From IMG/VR virus record IMGVR_UViG_3300002098_000002: a stretch of 64,000 nt of DNA; one strand, written 5' to 3'. Made by a program: the position numbers and the translations under genes. Source of the DNA: a virus. This document shows, in pieces, positions 21,015 to 29,963 of this stretch (positions are counted from its first letter, which is position 1; the number at the start of each line of letters is the position of its first letter). The notes below the pieces were generated by a model. The model made no database searches and was not told the DNA's origin. It saw only the letters and a program-made list of their open reading frames with translations.

Positions 21015-22020
21015 ACTGGTGCAGCCTGCCGTAGCTGGGAGTGATTTAGTACCAATCTTCTCCTGCTATATGTTCAAAACGAACCATATCTCAGCATACA
21101 ACGACCAACTAGCCATTGAGGCTACGTTTGACTGTGGCGATACGCCTTTCGCTGTCAACGCAATGACATTGTTGGGGTTGTTGAAGAACACCCACACGGA
21201 AGAAGTTGAGTTTACCCTTGATAAGAATGATCTTGAGATCAAGGCAGGCAAAAGCAACCTGAAACTCCCCTATTTCAATTCAGATGAATTTCTCTTTGAG
21301 GAACCTGAAGAACAGTGGATGGCTGCGCTGCCGGTCAATGAAAACCTGACCAAAGGCATTGAAATCTGCCTGACCACGGCTTCCAATGACAACTCTCAGC
21401 CTGCCATTATGGGTGTGTGTTTCAACTTTGGAAAAACAGCCACATTGTACTCCTGTGACAGTGATGCTGTTACTCGTTTCAATCTTGAAGGCAAAGCCAG
21501 TGGTAAAGGCGTTTACACGGTATCAAACACCTTCTGTAGCGCCCTATTGAAAATCTGCGCTGAAACAAAAACCACTAAGGGCAAGATGGACCTTGGTGAA
21601 GGCTGGGTACGTGTTTCACTGGAAAACGGCTTCACCTTGTATGGCCGCTTGATCGTCAACGACAGCCCACTCAATCATGAAGAACTGATTGAAAAGACCA
21701 TGACGGGTGATACCCCATTTGTGGATGTACCCTTGGGATTCGACGAAGCCTTGGCCCGTGCCCGCGTAGTTGCCGATTCCAGCAGTGCTTCAACCTCCCT
21801 GAGCATCAAAAAGGGCGTCATGTCCCTGTTCACTGAGACGCCCAGCGGTGTGGTTGAGGATACAGTGAAGATTAAGGGTCACCCTGACGTTGAGGCTACC
21901 ATTCATGCCTCACTCGTGTGTAAATCACTCAATATCTGTAACGAAATATCTATCCGTGAAAATTGCGTTTCGTATCGAAACGGTGAAACCACGTTACAGG
22001 TTGTCAGTAATATAGGTTGA
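20983..22020 (+). CDS. dnaN: DNA polymerase III beta sliding clamp-like protein
   Basis: 345 aa. The N-terminus LIKTLELVQPAVAGSDLVPIFSCYMFKTNHISAYNDQLAIE follows the DnaN pattern. The size fits three clamp domains. Confidence 0.7.
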   Translation: MNRISLIKTLELVQPAVAGSDLVPIFSCYMFKTNHISAYNDQLAIEATFDCGDTPFAVNAMTLLGLLKNTHTEEVEFTLDKNDLEIKAGKSNLKLPYFNSDEFLFEEPEEQWMAALPVNENLTKGIEICLTTASNDNSQPAIMGVCFNFGKTATLYSCDSDAVTRFNLEGKASGKGVYTVSNTFCSALLKICAETKTTKGKMDLGEGWVRVSLENGFTLYGRLIVNDSPLNHEELIEKTMTGDTPFVDVPLGFDEALARARVVADSSSASTSLSIKKGVMSLFTETPSGVVEDTVKIKGHPDVEATIHASLVCKSLNICNEISIRENCVSYRNGETTLQVVSNIG

Positions 22021-24656
22021 TTCCTTTGGGTTTTTTCTTCTCTAAAAAGAAACAGGAAGCTAAACGGAGGCCTCAGGGCCTCCGCTCTGCTCCTGTGACC
22101 AAGCAAAACAAGGAAATCCTCAACAGGCTTGGCTGTAAAGCCTGCCCGTTGGATAAAGCCAAGGTTTGCACGCCTAAAATGCCCCCTGTGCTGGCTAAAG
22201 AAACCCTTATTTACTTCCTTGGTGACATACCCAGCCAATATGATGACGAACAAACTGGCAAGCCCCTTACTGGCGTTTACGGGAACGTTCTTCGTGAGTG
22301 CATCCCTAAGGGTGAACTTCCCTACTGCTCCTTTGACAACGTAGTCCGTGACAGGCCCCCGGAAGGCAGGCAGCCTACATGGAATGAGATAGAAGCATGT
22401 AGGGGCAACATCATTGCGAGCATTGAACGGGCAAAGCCCAAACTGATCGTAGGCTTGGGTGTTCCAACACTGTCATGGGCTTTAGGCTCAACCGACATGG
22501 ATGGGATGCGCGGGCGCGTGTTCTCCATCAAGGTTGGAAAGCACACATGCTGGTTCATGCCTACTTGGCACCCGGAACTGGTTTACAGGTTTGCTTACAA
22601 CAAGAAAAAGCCCCTGACCTCTAGGCTTGGGCACTGCCTGCGTATGGATATCCTGCGGGCATTTAAATCTGCCGATCAGCTACCTGAAGCCACGGTTGAC
22701 ACCGAAGAAATGGCTAGGGCGGGCGTACAGACGTTTGACGGGCATGGGGGCGCTAACAGCCTACAGACGCTGCTGGACCTCATGGCTGAAGCCCTGAAGG
22801 CCCCTGAAAAGGCTGTAGACATTGAAACGAGCTGCCTGCGTCCATTTGCACATAATTCCCGCATCCTTACGGTAGCAATCAGCTTTGGTGACACGCATTT
22901 CTCATTTGCCGTGGATCACCCTAAGGCGGGGTGGCAGAAACCTGACAAAATAAATATCCTGAACCTTTTGGAAGAAATCCTTAAGGATGACACCAAGAAA
23001 ATAGCCCATAATCTTCCATTTGAACTTGAATGGTTCATAGAATATTATGGTAAGGAAGTTGTTAATCATGCTGCTGGCGAATGCACCATGATGCAGGCTC
23101 ATTTGATAGATGAGCGCCGTGGTAAGCAGGTTAAAGGTGGCGATATAGATTCACGGCGCAGTGCTTATCAAAGCCTCGATTTCCTTATCAAGCAGTATTT
23201 TGGTATTGCCTATAAAGGGCTGTTTAAACTGAATAAAAAGGATATGGCCAGCGCTGATCTGGGTGAAACGCTGGTCTATAACGCAGTAGATACTAAATAC
23301 ACGTTGCGGCTACATAAGCATCAAAAAGCCATCCTGAAGCGTGAAGGCTTGTTACAAGCCTACGTTGATGCGTTGCCCCGTCAGTCCTCTGTAGCCATAA
23401 TGCAGCATATTGGCATCCATGTGTCTCAGGACGAAGTCAAAAAGGCACAGGAGAAGCTTGGTACTGAAATTGAAGGAATCCTTAAGCAAATTAAGGCCCT
23501 GCCGGTCATCAAGCAGTACATTAAAGATAAGAAAGAATTTAACCCACAATCTGGTGATGATGTAATCGCAGTCTTCAGGGACTACCTGAAGCGCCCTGAG
23601 ATTGAAATTACTGACAAAAAAGGTGTCACGAAAACATCAGTTGATAAGAACGTCCTTGATAAGATTGACCATCCTCTTTCACAGCTACTTATCCAGTTAC
23701 GAAACCGGGCAAAGGTCAAATCCGTCAATGTTGATCCCTTTGAATTAGGAAAGGGGGAGTACATTTGGCCAGATGGAAAAATACACACGAATTTCAACAC
23801 GACATTTACTGAAACAGCGCGCACATCTAGTGATTCGCCAAACCTTCAGAATTTTCCAAAACGTAATGATTCTTGGGTACGTAAGGAGATAAAACCTGAA
23901 AAAGGGCATGTGTTGCTGGCTTTCGACTACGGGCAGCTACAGGCATGTACTGCTGCTATGTGCTCCAAAGATAAGGCTTGGGTCAAAGCCTTGTGGGAGG
24001 ACTATGACACGCATATGGAATGGGCACAGCGTTTGAATAAGATTGATCCTGACCTGACTTTCCAGCACGTTAATGGTGATATGAAGGATCCAAAGACAGC
24101 CAAGAAATACAGATCAATAATCAAGAACAAACTAACCTTCCCCGCCATTTTTGGTGCAACGAATGAATCTATTGCCGGTTATTTAAATGCCAACCCTGAA
24201 TCCATTGAAAAGGTGATGAAAGACTTCTGGCGCACATTCTCAGGGCTAAAGAACTGGCAAGATGCCTTGATGCGCGGATATTATGAAAATGGGTATGTAA
24301 TAGACCCCGTTGGACGTAAGCACAATTACCCAATAACCCGCAACCAAGCCATCAACTATCCAGTTCAGGCTGCTGAAGCTATTATCGTTTGTGATGCCAT
24401 GAATAAACTCTCTATAGAAGCTTCAAAATCAGGGGATTGGTTCAGGCACCCAATCTTGAACATTCACGATGATCTGACCTTTGTCGTCCCTGATGATGAC
24501 AAAATAATCGAGGACGTTATAGAAAAGACTTACAAAATAATGCTTACCCCTAAATATGATTGGATCAATGTTCCATTGGCTGTGGAATGCAGCATTGGGC
24601 CGGACTGGTTCAACATGCAGGACGTTGGAAAGTTTTATTCGAATAAGGATCTCTAA
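22017..24656 (+). CDS. polA: DNA polymerase I (family A) with 3'-5' exonuclease and N-terminal family-4 UDG-like domain
   Basis: UDG-like: CKACPL, FLGDIPSQYDDEQTGKPLTGVYG, VVRDRPPEGRQPTWNEIEAC, KLIVGLG, TWHPE. Exo I: AVDIETS. Pol motifs: LAFDYGQLQ (A), RSIIKNKLTFPAIFGA (B), INYPVQ, NIHDDLTF (C). TTG start overlapping the upstream stop. Confidence 0.85.
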   Translation: MIPLGFFFSKKKQEAKRRPQGLRSAPVTKQNKEILNRLGCKACPLDKAKVCTPKMPPVLAKETLIYFLGDIPSQYDDEQTGKPLTGVYGNVLRECIPKGELPYCSFDNVVRDRPPEGRQPTWNEIEACRGNIIASIERAKPKLIVGLGVPTLSWALGSTDMDGMRGRVFSIKVGKHTCWFMPTWHPELVYRFAYNKKKPLTSRLGHCLRMDILRAFKSADQLPEATVDTEEMARAGVQTFDGHGGANSLQTLLDLMAEALKAPEKAVDIETSCLRPFAHNSRILTVAISFGDTHFSFAVDHPKAGWQKPDKINILNLLEEILKDDTKKIAHNLPFELEWFIEYYGKEVVNHAAGECTMMQAHLIDERRGKQVKGGDIDSRRSAYQSLDFLIKQYFGIAYKGLFKLNKKDMASADLGETLVYNAVDTKYTLRLHKHQKAILKREGLLQAYVDALPRQSSVAIMQHIGIHVSQDEVKKAQEKLGTEIEGILKQIKALPVIKQYIKDKKEFNPQSGDDVIAVFRDYLKRPEIEITDKKGVTKTSVDKNVLDKIDHPLSQLLIQLRNRAKVKSVNVDPFELGKGEYIWPDGKIHTNFNTTFTETARTSSDSPNLQNFPKRNDSWVRKEIKPEKGHVLLAFDYGQLQACTAAMCSKDKAWVKALWEDYDTHMEWAQRLNKIDPDLTFQHVNGDMKDPKTAKKYRSIIKNKLTFPAIFGATNESIAGYLNANPESIEKVMKDFWRTFSGLKNWQDALMRGYYENGYVIDPVGRKHNYPITRNQAINYPVQAAEAIIVCDAMNKLSIEASKSGDWFRHPILNIHDDLTFVVPDDDKIIEDVIEKTYKIMLTPKYDWINVPLAVECSIGPDWFNMQDVGKFYSNKDL

Positions 24657-25604
24657 ATGAGTTCTCTGCATGTTGACCTTAGACCCAAAACCTTTTCCGA
24701 GGTTGTTGGTCAAAAGGAAGCGGTTAAGGGCCTGAAGAAGGTCGTAGCTGATAAACGCGCACAGTGTTTTATCTTCACCGGGCCTTCAGGCACAGGCAAA
24801 ACCACGCTGGCCCGTATTCTGGCTAATGAATTTGCCGGTAAGGAAGCCACTGTAGCCAATATCCTTGAATTTGACGCTGCTACCAATTCAGGGGCAGCCG
24901 ATGTAAGGGCTATTGCAGCCAAAGCTCTTTACAGGGCCATTGGCACAAGCCCTGTGAAGGCTATCATCGTTGATGAAGCCCACAGGCTCAGTGCTACAGC
25001 ATGGGATGCACTACTTAAGCCCATAGAAGAGCCACCAAAGCACATCTATTGGATGCTTTGCACTACAAACGTGTCAAAGATACCAAAAACTATCCAAACA
25101 CGGTGCCTGCGTTATGACCTGAAGCCTGTATCTGAAGAAGACCTGCTGGTACTGCTTATCCATGCAGTTGATACCATTAAGTCCGAAGTACCGGATGAGG
25201 TACTTGAAGCCATTGCTGAGAACAGCGAGGGCAGCCCAAGGCAAGCCCTAGTCTACCTTGAAGCCTGCATACATTGCGAAAACGTGGCTGACGCGCTACG
25301 CATCATGCGTACAGCCGGACAAACCAAGGAAATTGTGGACATAGCCAGATTTTTAGTTTCTGGAAAAACCCAAACTTGGGCAGAAGCTATGCGCCTAATA
25401 GCAAAAATAGAAGATTTTGAATCTGAAAGTGCACGGATTGTAATTACAGCCTATGTGTCTGCGGTCCTTAAAGGATCTAAAACTGATAAAGAGGCCTCAC
25501 GATTGTTAACAATCCTAGATTGTTTTTCAAAACCCTATAATGCAAGCGATAAGATTGGGCCTCTCTTACTATCTATTGGTTTTGCTTTAGGGTTGGATCA
25601 GTGA
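24657..25604 (+). CDS. dnaX: AAA+ clamp-loader ATPase (DnaX gamma/tau-like)
   Basis: RPKTFSEVVGQ, Walker A GPSGTGKTT, Walker B IIVDEAHRL, sensor-1/SRC-like TRCLRYDL. Confidence 0.85.
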   Translation: MSSLHVDLRPKTFSEVVGQKEAVKGLKKVVADKRAQCFIFTGPSGTGKTTLARILANEFAGKEATVANILEFDAATNSGAADVRAIAAKALYRAIGTSPVKAIIVDEAHRLSATAWDALLKPIEEPPKHIYWMLCTTNVSKIPKTIQTRCLRYDLKPVSEEDLLVLLIHAVDTIKSEVPDEVLEAIAENSEGSPRQALVYLEACIHCENVADALRIMRTAGQTKEIVDIARFLVSGKTQTWAEAMRLIAKIEDFESESARIVITAYVSAVLKGSKTDKEASRLLTILDCFSKPYNASDKIGPLLLSIGFALGLDQ

Positions 25605-26074
25605 GCAAAATTAAATGTGCCTTTAATTCACAGAAATGTAGCTCTAGGAAAAGGGGGATACCTTTTCTTTTTACATTTGAAGGGTGGGTAAGCTGGTGGG
25701 AAACTCAACTAGGCCCTGATTGGTTCCAATTACGTGGCCGTGGAAAAGGGAAATACCAAATGGCTCGTAACAATGATGAAGGACCGTATGCTGAGTGGAA
25801 TGTTAAATGTCTCCTTCACGAGAAAAATATTAGTGACGGAAACCTTGGAAGAATTATGACCCCTGAACATAGAAGGAAACTTTCAATCGCCGGGTTCGGT
25901 AATAAGAAAGGTTGCCTGAACAAAGGTAAGCCTTTTACGCAAGGGCACAAAGACAATATAAGAAAATCAGCTTTGGGAAGAAAAGCCTCATTGTTGACCC
26001 GCGAGAAAATGAAAACGGCCCGCTTGAAATACTTTGAACGACTAAGAAAAACAAATAACCTGAATGCGACGTAA
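25601..26074 (+). CDS. NUMOD3-repeat DNA-binding protein, probable degenerate homing endonuclease
   Basis: Repeats of the NUMOD3-like pattern: MTPEHRRKLSIAG, GKPFTQGHKDNIRKSALG, LLTREKMKTARL. N-terminal CAFNSQKCSSRKRGIPFLFTFEGWVSWW. No clear catalytic motif seen. Confidence 0.5.
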   Translation: MSKIKCAFNSQKCSSRKRGIPFLFTFEGWVSWWETQLGPDWFQLRGRGKGKYQMARNNDEGPYAEWNVKCLLHEKNISDGNLGRIMTPEHRRKLSIAGFGNKKGCLNKGKPFTQGHKDNIRKSALGRKASLLTREKMKTARLKYFERLRKTNNLNAT

Positions 26075-26082
26075 TAAACATT

Positions 26083-26568
26083 ATGAAAATTGAAGAATTA
26101 AAGGCCCTGCTAGCCATAGACAAGAATGCACTGGATGACGAAGTAAGCCGTCACCCCATGCTTTTCTTTGAGGTTGCCGAAGCCTTTGTAGACGCCTCTG
26201 CAAAGCGTGATGCTTGCAAGGAAGAGTTGTCCACAGTTGATGCAGAACTTGATGGCGAAGTAAGGCGCAAGCTTGAAGCTGACGAGGTAAAGATCACTGA
26301 AGCTATGGTTAAGAACGGTATTCAAACACATACCCGCCACACCGAAGCTTTTGATACCTACATGGGGGCCAAGACTGAGGCTGACCTGTTAGGTGCCTTG
26401 AAAGAAGCTTTCCATTCAAGGGGTTACATGATCCGTGACCTTTGCTCCCTTAACGTGGCCTCATACTACGAAAGCACGTCAACCCAAGGCACCAATTCAA
26501 GCGATAAGGCTGCCTATGAACGCAGGCGTGAGCGTATAGCAGAAGCAAGGGGGAGGAAGGATGCCTGA
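26083..26568 (+). CDS. hypothetical coiled-coil protein
   Basis: 161 aa, helical and acidic, in the recombination/replication operon. Confidence 0.6.
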   Translation: MKIEELKALLAIDKNALDDEVSRHPMLFFEVAEAFVDASAKRDACKEELSTVDAELDGEVRRKLEADEVKITEAMVKNGIQTHTRHTEAFDTYMGAKTEADLLGALKEAFHSRGYMIRDLCSLNVASYYESTSTQGTNSSDKAAYERRRERIAEARGRKDA

Positions 26569-26731
26569 TCACATCCCTGCTTGGATGCAGGTGGGCTTAA
26601 TCATCCTTGGTGGCGGGGCTTTTTATTATGGTGCCCTTAGCCTGATTGAAGCATGGTTTAGACGTAAAGAACAATTCACACAACGAATTCACGAGCAGAT
26701 CAAAGGAACTACAGATGCCAAGAGAGAGTGA
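26561..26731 (+). CDS. small membrane protein
   Basis: 56 aa, below the ORF-track cutoff. GGGAGGAAGG lies immediately before the ATG, which overlaps the upstream stop. TM helix VGLIILGGGAFYYGALSLI. Confidence 0.45.
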   Translation: MPDHIPAWMQVGLIILGGGAFYYGALSLIEAWFRRKEQFTQRIHEQIKGTTDAKRE

Positions 26732-27746
26732 ACAGCGCAGCTTCAAGTACAAGGCCCGCACCAAGGAAGACGTCAAGTCACGCGCTAACATGCGCGGTGG
26801 CAATTTCGATTCCATCATCAAGCCTCAGTACAAGGTCTATAAGGTCAAGGAAGGCAAAAATCTTATCCGTATCCTTCCACCTACTTGGGAAGATGCCAAG
26901 CACTACGGCTACGATCTGTACGTCAACTACGGCATTGGCGCTGACAACCAGAGCTACCTGTCACTCAGCAAGATGAAGGGTGAAAAGGACCCGTTGCAGG
27001 AAGCCAAACGTGCGGCCGAAAGCGAGGGTGACAAGGAGACCGCCAAAGCCCTTAGCCCCACACAGCGCATTGCCATGTGGATTATTGACCGTCAGGCTGA
27101 GGATGAAGGCCCGCAACTTTGGCTGGCCCCGTTCACGGTAGACAAGGACATTTGCAACATCAGCTTTGATGAAGACACCAAGGAAGTGGTGTTTGTGGAC
27201 GATCCTGAAAACGGCTGTGACGTGCGCTTCTACAAGGAAGGTACTGGCCGCAATACCCGCTATGATGCCAGCAAGATGCGTCTGTTGAAGCCATCACCTC
27301 TCAGTGAGGATGAAGGTTTGCAAAATGAGTGGCTTGAATACGTGAATGACAATTCAATCCCGGATTGCATCCAGTTCTATGACTACGAACATATCTCCAT
27401 GGTGTTTGGCGGTCAGGCCCGTGTTGAAAAGGCTGACGATGACGAGGAAACACCACGTAGCCGCAGGGCAGCAAAGCCTGCTGCCGATGAAGATGAAGAA
27501 CCGGCACCAGCACGCCGCAGGCCAGCACCTGTTGAGGATGACGAGGAACCGGCCCCACGTAGCCGCCGTAAGCCTGTGGTAGAGGCTGATGAAGATGATG
27601 AAGAACCAGCCCCACCACCACGCCGTAGGGCTGCCGTAGTTGATGAAGAGGATGAGGAGCCTGCTGAAAAGCCAGCGGCTAGGCCCAGCATCAGGGACAG
27701 GCTCAAGAACCGCCGTGAAAAGCCGCCCTTTGACGAGGACGAATGA
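26715..27746 (+). CDS. ssDNA-binding protein (putative) with repeat-rich acidic C-terminal tail
   Basis: The internal ATG at 26715 gives MPRESEQRSFKYKAR. The globular N-terminal part is about 240 aa. It is followed by D/E-rich EEPAP-x-RR repeats and the terminal PPFDEDE. An acidic aromatic tail and this genomic position are typical of phage SSBs. Confidence 0.5.
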   Translation: MPRESEQRSFKYKARTKEDVKSRANMRGGNFDSIIKPQYKVYKVKEGKNLIRILPPTWEDAKHYGYDLYVNYGIGADNQSYLSLSKMKGEKDPLQEAKRAAESEGDKETAKALSPTQRIAMWIIDRQAEDEGPQLWLAPFTVDKDICNISFDEDTKEVVFVDDPENGCDVRFYKEGTGRNTRYDASKMRLLKPSPLSEDEGLQNEWLEYVNDNSIPDCIQFYDYEHISMVFGGQARVEKADDDEETPRSRRAAKPAADEDEEPAPARRRPAPVEDDEEPAPRSRRKPVVEADEDDEEPAPPPRRRAAVVDEEDEEPAEKPAARPSIRDRLKNRREKPPFDEDE

Positions 27747-27845
27747 GCGACGGGCTGCCTTACTAGCTAGGGGCGGGATCGATCCTATACGGGTTGATAC
27801 CCGCCCCCTTAGTCAAATCATCAACGACGAGATTCCGTACTCCAA

Positions 27846-28175
27846 ATGGCAAAAGCAACTAAGGGTAATAAAAAGGGCCGGTCACAAAGGGTGGCAAGAC
27901 TGGTTATTGAAGAAACACCAGAAGACATCCAGCGACGGGTAGGCTATGAGGTAGTAAGCATCCTTGTGCCTACCCTTCAGGATTGGTTCCGTGACCAATA
28001 TGATGAAAAAAGCCCTGATGTAGACCCAGCCTTGTTTACTCGGATGGCCTGCGTTGCCCTGCTAAATGCAGCCGCCGTGCTTGGGGTAGATGTTGGGATG
28101 CTTCGTGAACAGTTCTTGGCAGTGTGTGACTCCTGCTACAACGATGCCAATGTCAAAGCGCCGAGGTTTGCCTGA
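27846..28175 (+). CDS. hypothetical protein
   Basis: 109 aa. The stop overlaps the RecA-like ATG (TGATG). No obvious Shine-Dalgarno sequence. Confidence 0.5.
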   Translation: MAKATKGNKKGRSQRVARLVIEETPEDIQRRVGYEVVSILVPTLQDWFRDQYDEKSPDVDPALFTRMACVALLNAAAVLGVDVGMLREQFLAVCDSCYNDANVKAPRFA

Positions 28176-29194
28176 TGGCTAAGAGAGAAAAGATAGTTAC
28201 CGAGAAAAACTCATATTTTACTGGGGAAAAGGAAAATCTTCAGTTCTTTTCAACAGGTTGCACACTTTTGGACTGTGCCATTGGTGGCGGCATTGTCCTT
28301 GGCCGCATGACCAACATTGTTGGCGACAAGAGCACGGCTAAAACTGGCTTAGCTACAGAATGCCTTATCAATTTCACCAGAAAATACCCTGAAGGCAACG
28401 CAGCCTACCGCGAGGTGGAAGCAGCTTGGGACCCCGGCTACGCTGGAGCAATGGGATTGCCCCTTGATAAGATTGACTTCGGTGACCCTGACAAACCCCT
28501 TCAAACTGTTGAAGAATTTGCCAAGGATCTGGAAGCATTCGTTGATAAGTGCATCAAAGCCGATAAGCCGGGGCTGTACGTACTGGATTCCCTTGATGCA
28601 CTTTCAGATGATGCTGAAATGGAGCAGGATTTTGGTGCAGCTACTTACGGTATGGCTAAGGCCAAGCTTCTAAGCATCATGTTCCGTAAACTGACCCGCA
28701 AGATTGAACGCAGCAAGGTCAACCTTCTGATCATCAGTCAGGTTCGTGACAACATCAACGCCGTAGCCTTTGGTGAGAAGCAAAAACGTAGCGGTGGTAA
28801 AGCTATGGACTTCTACGCCTCACAAGTAGTTTGGCTGGCCCATATTAAAGCCCTGAAGAAGACCATCAAGAAGGTTGAACGGGTTTATGGGATTACAATC
28901 CGTGCCAAAGTCAAAAAGAACAAGGTTGGCATGTCATTCAGGGAAGCTGAGTTTGACTTCCTGTTTGGTTTCGGCGTTGACGATCACGGTGCCAGCGTCC
29001 ATTGGCTAAAGGAAATTGGTCGCTTGGGTGATATTGACGTGAAGGACACTGAGTTTAAAGCCTACCTACAGGAGGTAGCTGAAATGGATGATGCTGCCTT
29101 TAAGGCAGAAGTAAAAGCTGTTTCAGATACGGTAAAACGGGTTTGGGCTGAGGTTGAGAACACCTTTATCCCCGTCAGAAAAAAATACGCATGA
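28175..29194 (+). CDS. RecA-superfamily recombinase ATPase
   Basis: CTLLDCAIGGGIVLGRMTNIVGDKSTAKT (Walker A), LYVLDSLDAL (Walker B), LLIISQVR. Confidence 0.75.
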   Translation: MAKREKIVTEKNSYFTGEKENLQFFSTGCTLLDCAIGGGIVLGRMTNIVGDKSTAKTGLATECLINFTRKYPEGNAAYREVEAAWDPGYAGAMGLPLDKIDFGDPDKPLQTVEEFAKDLEAFVDKCIKADKPGLYVLDSLDALSDDAEMEQDFGAATYGMAKAKLLSIMFRKLTRKIERSKVNLLIISQVRDNINAVAFGEKQKRSGGKAMDFYASQVVWLAHIKALKKTIKKVERVYGITIRAKVKKNKVGMSFREAEFDFLFGFGVDDHGASVHWLKEIGRLGDIDVKDTEFKAYLQEVAEMDDAAFKAEVKAVSDTVKRVWAEVENTFIPVRKKYA

Positions 29195-29442
29195 GAAAAC
29201 ATAAACCAGATCATAATATGCGTCCAAGCGCCTTAATTGCCGCAGGCAATTCATTACACTCCTATTTACAATACCGGGCTGCTGAAAAAGGAGTTGGCTA
29301 TAGTTTTAGCCCCGAGTTCTTTACGGCTGCCATTAAAGATGGCTGTACTGAATTTTTTGGGATTGTATTTAACAATAGAGGACAATTGATCTGGGACAAT
29401 GAAAAACCTGATTTGTTTAAAACATGGAAGCTTAAAAACTAA
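29191..29442 (+). CDS. hypothetical protein
   Basis: 83 aa with ATGA overlaps on both sides. Confidence 0.55.
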   Translation: MRKHKPDHNMRPSALIAAGNSLHSYLQYRAAEKGVGYSFSPEFFTAAIKDGCTEFFGIVFNNRGQLIWDNEKPDLFKTWKLKN

Positions 29443-29963
29443 TGAGAAAAGGTGGAGGGAAGGCCAAGGGATCTGCTTTTGAGCGTGAAATCTGTGGCAA
29501 GCTGTCCCTATGGGTCAGTCATGGCAAGCAAGAGGACGTGTTCTGGCGCAGCGCTATGAGCGGGGGCCGCTCTACAGTGGCACACCGTAAGGGGAAGAAC
29601 CTTGCCTCACACGCTGGTGACATTTCCTGCACACACTCCATAGGTGAGCCACTAACCAACCGGTTCTTCATTGAGTGCAAGGCTTACGCTGACCTTAACT
29701 TCGCTGGCCTTTTGACAGGTAAAGGTCACCTTGTTGAGTTTTGGAAGATAGCCACAAGGGAAGCCACCAACTACAACAAACTGCCCTTCCTGATTGCCAA
29801 ACAGAACCGTATGCCCACCGTTATCTGCCTAAGCCTTGAAGGAATGTTGATCCTGATGCTTGGCCCACAGTCAACCATAATGACTGTACCGAAGCTTGAT
29901 ATGTACATCCTTGATGCTGAAGAATTCTTTAAAGTGCCAGCCAATGTACCTAATAATCGGTGA
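29442..29963 (+). CDS. PD-(D/E)XK nuclease, Holliday-junction-resolvase-like
   Basis: KGSAFEREICGKLSLW..., GDISC and FIECKAY fit the G-x-x-x-E ... D ... E-x-K arrangement of archaeal-Hjc/RecB-type nucleases. Confidence 0.55.
   Translation: MRKGGGKAKGSAFEREICGKLSLWVSHGKQEDVFWRSAMSGGRSTVAHRKGKNLASHAGDISCTHSIGEPLTNRFFIECKAYADLNFAGLLTGKGHLVEFWKIATREATNYNKLPFLIAKQNRMPTVICLSLEGMLILMLGPQSTIMTVPKLDMYILDAEEFFKVPANVPNNR

Noticed and set aside
27640-27942. 100-aa alternative-frame ORF spanning the SSB tail and the downstream intergenic region.
   Set aside because: Its first half overlaps the repeat-rich SSB tail out of frame, as low-complexity shadow ORFs do. It has no start codon after the SSB stop. 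The 27846-28175 ORF is coupled to the RecA-like gene instead.
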